DNA of 61,359 nt, the filler included. It is 7 parts of 7 records of this genome, joined end to end, with 100 filler letters (N's around TTAATTAATTAA, not from the genome) between each part and the next. Parts side by side here need not be neighbours in the genome. Positions count along the whole stretch, not along the records: positions 52,227 to 56,750 come from SRR7504441_1002; positions 56,851 to 61,359 come from SRR7504441_1009; 5 more parts are not named here. The stretch is one strand, 5' to 3'. The translations under genes and the position numbers were made by a program. Shown here piece by piece: positions 54,732 to 61,359 of the stretch; positions within the stretch are counted from its first letter, which is position 1, and the number at the start of each line of letters is the position of its first letter. Below the pieces are notes generated by a model that was not told the DNA's origin, did not search any database, and was given only the letters and a program-made list of their open reading frames with translations.

Positions 54732-56747
54732 TTACGCAGCAGCCTTGCGGGCATAGTATTTATCAAGAGTCTTCTTCTTCATCTTGAGCAGATCTTTCCT
54801 GTTGAAGACGCGCATGATCTCCCAGCCGATGTCCAGCGACGCAAAGATGTCCCGGTACTCGTATGGGCCCTGGGACACAAACTTCTCCAGGAACTGCTCG
54901 TTAAAGTCCAGGTGCAGCCTGTCCTTGTCCGAGAGCGACTCCTCTCCGATCACAGCCTTCATCCCCTCGGTGTCTTGGCCCACGGCGTACAGAGCGTAGA
55001 TCTGGTTGCACACCTGCCACCCAGCTGGCCACAGCCCCATGCCATCAAGCTCACCTCGCCGTGGTCGGCCCGGGTGAACTTGCGCTCCTTTGTCTCCCCA
55101 ATTCCGCTCTTCATTAGACGTGAGAGAGACGGCAGGATGTCGATCGGAGGGTAGATGCCGCGCATGTGCAGCTTACGCGAGACAGAGATCTGGCCCTCGG
55201 TAATGTAGCCGGTCAAGTCCGGAATCGGGTGGGTCAGGTCGTCATTTGGCATAGAGATGATCGGAATCTGGGTGATAGAACCCTCGCGGCCGTCCACACG
55301 GCCAGCGCGCTCGTAGATCGTGGCAAGGTCGGTGTACATGTAGCCAGGGTATCCACGGCGTCCCGGCACTTCCTCGCGCGCGGCCGACACCTCACGGAGA
55401 GAGTCGGCGTAGGAGGTCATGTCAGTGAGGATGCACAGCACGTGCCGACCGCAGTCATACGCCAGGTACTCCGCAGTTGTGAGAGCGATCCGAGGGGTGA
55501 TGATACGCTCGATGGTCGGGTCCATAGCCTGGCCAGCCATGCTCAGCCCGGCTCAAGCGGCACGCGCACAAGGTTGAGGAACATGACAAGCGTCTCAAGG
55601 GCGCCGTTGCATTCAAAGTCCTGGACCAAAATCTCAGCCACCACACAAACCAGGCCAGATACCTGCTTGAAGAACCGAGCCGTCTCTGTGGTGGTACCCA
55701 TCGCCCCGAAGACAATAGCGAAATCCGATTTCTTGGGCGCGTCGCCGGGCTGGGTCACAAGACCGGCCGACCGGCAAATCTGGGCGGCAATGTCGTTGTG
55801 TGGGAGACCAGCTCCTGAGAAGAGCGGAATCTTCTGGCCGCGGACAACGGACATCATGGTGTCAATGGTGGAGACGCCGGTCTGGATCATGTCCTCTGGG
55901 TACTCGCGGGCAAACGGGTTGATTGGTTGTCCTGCACAAAGAATATCACAAGAGAGCGCAGGATCCAAGATGGCATCACAGCGACTGATTGGGACCAAAG
56001 CCAGATCGACAATAGCAAGGGAGGCTGACTATGTTGGGAGGCTGGGATCTTAGACAGGCAATGGCGGGCAGGCTAAGATCTCAGGCAGGCAAGGGCTTAA
56101 ACCGAGCCACTCAAGAGACCGCAACAACCCAGACCCAATCCCCAAGCTACTGACCGTTGACATCTAGGAAGTCGTCGGCGATCACTGGCGGGCCGTTGTC
56201 CACTGGGATGCCAGCGCCGTTGAAGATCCGGCCAAGCATCTCTTCGGAGACCGGCACCCGCAGGACTTCGCCAGAGAACGTGACGGTGGTGTCCCTGTTA
56301 TCGATGCCTTGGGTGCCCTCGAAGACCTGAACCCAAGGCGTCAGCGTCAAGCCGTCCAGCGGCCGGGCCATTCTGACCTGCACCACGGCGTTGTTGCCTT
56401 CCACCTCGAGCACTTGACCACGGCGGCCACGGCCGTCGCCCAGAGTGAGCGACACGATCTCGCCGTATTGCGGGTTCTGGCCCCACCGGCTCCGCGGGCC
56501 ATGCATTGGCGGGCTGCGGGCACCTTGATCCCTTGCAGAATCACCAGCGGGCCCTTGACGCTCTCAATGGTGTGGTATTCTGTGCAGCGGCACACGAGTC
56601 AGACGCCAGCCGGACGTTGGCCGGGCGCGGGGTGGACGGACCGACGCGGGGCTCGATCACGAAGTCGCGCTGCATTGCGGCCAGGTGGGCCTTCATCTCG
56701 GCCTCCAACGAGCTGGTGGCGCCCGAGAGGAGGTTCGGTTCCGCCAT
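54732..56747 (-). CDS. ATP6V1B: V-type H+-ATPase subunit B, 7 GT-AG introns
   Basis: [138 protein letters not shown]. Confidence 0.97.
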
Positions 56748-56750
56748 CGC

Positions 56751-56850
56751 NNNNNNNNNNNNNNNNNNNNNNNNNNNNNNNNNNNNNNNNNNNNTTAATT
56801 AATTAANNNNNNNNNNNNNNNNNNNNNNNNNNNNNNNNNNNNNNNNNNNN
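56751..56850. other. Artificial contig spacer
   Basis: N44-TTAATTAATTAA-N44. Confidence 0.99.
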
Positions 56851-56932
56851 TATTCTCACTCTATGCTGGTCCAGCCCGTACTCGCAAGAGATTCACAGAC
56901 CGACCACCTGGATACAAATGCTCGGTTGACGC

Positions 56933-59900
56933 ATGGCAGCGGAATCTGAGCTGCAGATAGGCCAGCGGGTGGAGGCCAACGGCCCCGGCCGGCTGGGCAC
57001 CATCGCCTTCACCGGGATGACCAAGTTTGCGAGCGGGGTCTGGATCGGAGTCATCCTGGACGCCCCGGGTCCCCCGCCGCCGCCGCGCACTGGCTCAGCC
57101 CATGCTCCAGATGGTAAGAACGATGGGAGCGTCAACGGCCACTCGTACTTCAGCTGCGAGCCCAAGCACGGCGTATTCGTCCGGTCCAGCCAGATCAAGC
57201 TGCTCGAGGTGCGCCTCCGCCCCCAGCCCCCGCCAAGCTCAGCCGCAGGAGTCGGCCGGGCAAGCCGAGCCAGCCGAGCCGGCGGCCGAGCCCGAGGACG
57301 TGAAGTCCAAGTACGCCAACAAGGTGCGGCAAAAGAAGCTGGCGCTGGCCGAGCGCCGCAAGGAAATCTCCAAACAGGAGGAGATCCGCGAGAAGAAACG
57401 AGGTGCCCAGGGTGAGGGTGCGGAGCCAGCCGCCGGATGCAGACGAGCCGGAGGAGCCCGCTGCCGAAGAGACCAAGGCAAACACAACCGTCTCCAAGCC
57501 GCGCCGAAGCTCAGTTGAGGCTGCCGAATCGAAGCAGCCGATGGATGATCGGTCCGCCGTGCTGGAGAAGCAACTCACAGAGGCCAAGGCACTTGTGTGG
57601 CAAGCTCGGGTCGAGCTGGTCGGGGCAGGCGGGGCGAGAGGCCGCGATTGGCAAGATGAAGGAGGCAATCAAAGAGAGAGATGCCGCGCGCAGCTCATCA
57701 TGTGTTGCTGAAAAGGAGGTGCGGGCGTGCACCAAAGAGTGGGCTGAGTGGAAAGGACAGTTGGAGAGCTGCAAAGCCAAGCTGGGCCAGATCGAGCAAT
57801 CGCAGGCCAAGTTCGAGGAGGAGAAGCAGGAGCTGGCCGACTTGGTGGAGAGCCTGACTATGGACGTGGAGATGGAGCGCGACGAGAAGGAACTACTTGA
57901 GGAGAAGGTCGGGCGTGCAGACGGTCCGGCTGAGGCTCCGGCAGGCGGCTGAGCTCGAGCTGCGGGTGGCTGAGCTGGAGGGCGACATTGAGTCCTACCT
58001 GGAGGCCAAAGAGCAGCCAAACAGCACGGGAGGGGATGAGCTGAGGCTAGTAACTGACCAGAATGAGAAACTCAAGGACGCACTGCAGCGGCTGCACGAG
58101 GCAACGCTGGTGCAGCAGAACAGGATAAAAGAGCTCGAACGCGACAATAAGACCATTGAGGGCCTGCAGCAGCAGGTGGGCGCCTAAAGCCGCAGCCGAT
58201 TCAGCCGGGCCTCCAGGTGATTGATCTGACAAAGAAAGCCAAGAAGGTGGACGGCCTGACAGCCGAGCTTGAAGAGCTCAAACAAGCCCTGGACGAAGCC
58301 AGCGAGTTCGGTGAGTTTGCCGAGGAGCTGACTGAGAAGAATCTCAAGCTGAGCGAGCAAGTGAGCGAACTCAAGGAGCAGGCAGCTAGTCTGACGATAA
58401 CTAGACTCAGAAAGGCTTTCACAGGTCGACTTTTACGAGGAAATGAAAGAAGCTGCGGAGGAGGTAGAGCAGGCCCAGCTAGAAGAGATCCGGGAGCTGC
58501 AGGTGGGCGGCGGCACGCGAGCGGCTGAGTCTGTGCAGGTTGAGCTGAGTGAGAGGGAGGGGCTCGAGCAGAATTCTGTGGTTGCGATGCAGCAAATGAA
58601 GGCTCGGGTGGAGGAGCTCGACCAGAAGAACGAGCAGCTGCGAGCCGCCCTCAAGAGCTCGCAGGACAAGCTGGGCGAGCAAGGGGTGGATGCTATCATG
58701 CAGGTACATCTATCTGATTCAGAGCACTTGAGTGTGTCCTAAACCTAACCGTGGATTGGCAGGAGTGTGCTCAGGTCTCTGAAGCAGAGCAGCAGGAGAT
58801 CCGGGCCCGGAAGTTCGATGAGCAGAAACACGCTGACGAAGTCGCTACCTCTAAACTTGAGCTCAGCATGGCGCTGGCTTCTTCTCAAGTGCTGCAGGCT
58901 CGTGAGAAATGCCTTGCCGCAATGGTGAATAGCGAGGCTGATTTGCGTTCGATTGATACTATTGCCCACCTCACCTCGATCAAATTCAATGGCGAGCTGG
59001 TCGAGGCCGGCCTCAGGTGCGCTCACTGCGGACGCTGCAGTGCTGACATGGCATTGCAATGCCCTGCAGACAGCAAGTTGGATGTATTGCTGCATCTGGC
59101 GAAATGGCCGAGCTCGAGGTTTGCGTCAAAGTGCAAGTCGCCATCTCCGATCTAATCGGCACTGCTGAAAGTATCTTAGATGCTATGAAGCAGACTGAGA
59201 CAGTAACACAGAATTTTCAATAACCTCAGATCACTGATCAAGCCTTTGTGGTGTACAGGTCTTCCTGAAGCTCGGTGAGCGCCATCGCGATGTAAAGCTA
59301 GTTGCTGCCACTGTTGATCAGCTTCTTGCTGACATGAAGCGAGGAGAGGTGACCTGTGTGTACGCTGCCTGGTGTTGAATCGCCTGGTGGTAGCTGCCAA
59401 GGCTGGAGTCTGCTCTGGAGCTGGTGCACAAGCTGACGGGCATCCAGTCATCGGAGTCCCTAACCGAGCTCGACTACCTGCCCGGAGTGCTGACAAGCGC
59501 CACCCGCAAATTAGTAGCTAAAGCATACCTCCTGAGCGCTGCTGGTGCCCAAATCAAGTCAATAGGTGAGCAGCCCACACGCCCTCTGGATGGCCATACT
59601 CGCGGCAATTGGTTGGCGCAACTTATCCGTGTGTCAGGCAACTCGGCCGTGGTTTTGCGAGCTTCGAGTGTGATTGTGGCGCATGCTCAGTCAATGACTC
59701 AAGCTGCCGACCGCGTTCTGACCAAAGTCAAGGCACAGGGCCCGCAAATACTTCCTGTGGGTGCGTCTACAGCGCTCTTGCATTGGGGTGATTTGCACTG
59801 TTGCTTTAGATGCGGTTCAGAAGAGCAATATACTCGGCGCTCTAGATGGTGTAGCAAGTCAGGCAGACCGCATCATGCGCTCGCTGGATCAATCTGAATG

Positions 59901-61250
59901 GGATACATCAAAGGTTGAAGTATTCCTGGGGGAAGTTGGCATGGATCTAGAGAAAGCAGAGGTCTCTCAAGATTCCAGCCCAGAGTGTGTGGACGCTCAG
60001 CTGGATGCAGCTGCTGGCAAGCTGCGTGTGTTTGGCAGCCAGCTGGTCGAAACCCCTTCTCCAAGCGCAGACGGAGACGACAAGCCGTCATGGGTCAAAC
60101 GTGGATTGGCACATTGCGAAGCCGTCGAGTTAAGCACTCAATTTTCTGACAAATATGCAGTTGCAGAAAATGAGCTCAAGAGCCTCAAGACTGCAGTGAA
60201 ACGCGGGGAGAAGGTCAAACCTGAGAATAAAGAAGCTGTTGAACTGAGCATGCCCTGATGCAGGACTTGGAGGATGCCAATGCTAAGGTCCAGGTTTTGA
60301 GCCGACGGCTTGAAGACAAGACTGCTGAGATCACTAGCTACAAGAGCAAAGTGGAAGAGTTGAGCAAGCAGGAAGAGACGTACCAAAAGGCAATGGATGT
60401 ACTTCAGGACTCGCTGGAGGAGCAAAAGAACAAGAAGAACGCAGCGCAAGAGAAGCTGAATACACTGGAGGCGGAGATGGTCACACGGGCTCTGACAGCC
60501 CCTGCAGCCGGCAGCATCACCGAGGTGGTCCCCTGATCCCCATAGATAGTTGTGATCTTGATTCGACGACTGCAGGCAAACGTAGCATTTGGCAGTGCGG
60601 ATACATCCACGCTGCAACTGACAATCCAGTCTCTGTGCAAGTTGAATCAATCTCTTCGGTCCAAGCTGCTTGCCAAGCGAGTGAGCGAGATTACCCAGCC
60701 CAACAAGCCACAAGTTCCAAACCAGACTCACACTCGCCTGTCGGATTCGGTGCGCGCCTTGGGGCGAGAGGCAACCAATTTAATGGCTGCTCCCAAAGTA
60801 GTCTCGATTGTAAACAAAGAAGAAGCCTCAAGTTTGACTTCCCCAGGGCAACGCTGGAGGCAGGCGAATGCACAGGTCCACAAAGCACAGTACCGGTGCT
60901 CACCCGAGCCAATCAATCGACTAATGGCTGGTCTTTCAGCTGCCGGGAGTTGAGATCGCAGCTGCAACGGGAATACCTAAAGAAGCACCCAGGAGCGGCT
61001 GCTAAGACCGACTTTGGACTGTTTCCGAATCGGCAAGTTGCCTCGCAGGTGACTCGAACCACCGGGATGGTCTGTTTGGCTGATTCCTGTGTGCATTTAG
61101 ATCTTCCAGGAGCCGGCGGACAATTCTTCCTACATCAAGTGTGCGCGAGTTGTACTTTCTGAGAAGAACAGCAACGCTACACCTTCTCAAAAAGCATATC
61201 TAGACACAACCCAGTTCCTCATGTTTCACAATGCAGTTGTCGCTCAATAG
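56933..61250 (+). CDS. DCTN1: Dynactin subunit 1 (p150Glued): CAP-Gly, coiled coils, C-terminal domain; many short introns
   Basis: CAP-Gly GTIAFTGMTKFASGVWIGVILDAP|DGKNDGSVNGHSYFSCEPKHGVFVR; ELADLVESLTMDVEM, QNEKLKDALQRL, LKQALDEA..AEELTEKNLKL, HPGAAAKTDFGLFP, terminal LDTTQFLMFHNAVVAQ*. Confidence 0.9.
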
Positions 61251-61359
61251 TACTGAACTATCTATAAAGACTCAATTCACTTTATTGGTGCGAGTAAACT
61301 ATTTAAAATGTTAGGTTCTCTTCTTTTTTCAAGTGTAGCTAGAGCACCTAGTGATTGAT

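Noticed and set aside
6977-56850. Six identical TTAATTAATTAA motifs within N runs, as a biological repeat
   Set aside because: Fixed 100-nt stop-in-all-frames linker used to concatenate contigs; adjacency across it has no meaning.
24254-57638. Further candidate GC donors (24548-24593, ~24260-24310, 47446-47488, ~57589-57628)
   Set aside because: Each has a frame-compatible GT alternative nearby, so they were left out of the GC-AG count.
21272-58424. The ~40-nt introns as copies of an introner transposon
   Set aside because: I see no shared internal sequence or consistent terminal inverted repeats among them. One hairpin (GCTGAGCCA-C-TGGCTCAGC at 31031-31049) is isolated. An old, decayed burst cannot be excluded.
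172-61250. Dynein heavy chain and dynactin p150 in one window as a motor gene cluster
   Set aside because: They are on different contigs separated by linkers, so there is no evidence of linkage.
21185-61250. Stop-codon reassignment or programmed frameshifting to explain fragmented ORFs
   Set aside because: The breaks I traced are resolved by short GT-AG or GC-AG introns; TAA, TAG and TGA all end genes; long intronless ORFs read normally in the standard code.
1-61359. rRNA, tRNA, snRNA genes or transposases
   Set aside because: None recognised by eye; short ncRNAs in the spacers cannot be excluded without Infernal or tRNAscan.

Overview
This window is not one locus. It holds seven contigs (1-6976, 7077-20784, 20885-33188, 33289-48043, 48144-52126, 52227-56750, 56851-61359) joined by artificial 100-nt spacers (N44-TTAATTAATTAA-N44). 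All seven look like one compact, GC-rich microbial eukaryote that uses the standard code; I cannot assign the lineage from sequence alone. About 28 protein genes are present, mostly in head-to-head and tail-to-tail pairs. Recognisable genes are cytoplasmic dynein-1 heavy chain, dynactin p150, V-ATPase B, a DDX60-like helicase, FKBP, a GH35 beta-galactosidase, an ELO elongase, an FtsJ/RlmM-like methyltransferase and a lactonase. The main findings are: (1) the C-terminal part of a PKS with an unusual ACP-KS-ACP-thioester reductase-aminotransferase terminus, predicted to release a polyketide amine; (2) tiny introns of about 36-47 nt, many with AG|GC donors that lack the usual GCAAGT consensus; (3) a gustatory-receptor-like 7TM ion channel candidate missed by the ORF track; (4) a YAACGG (Myb-type) element recurring in very short bidirectional promoters; (5) several odd domain architectures. 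All gene models were spliced by hand and domain calls come from motif recognition, not database searches.
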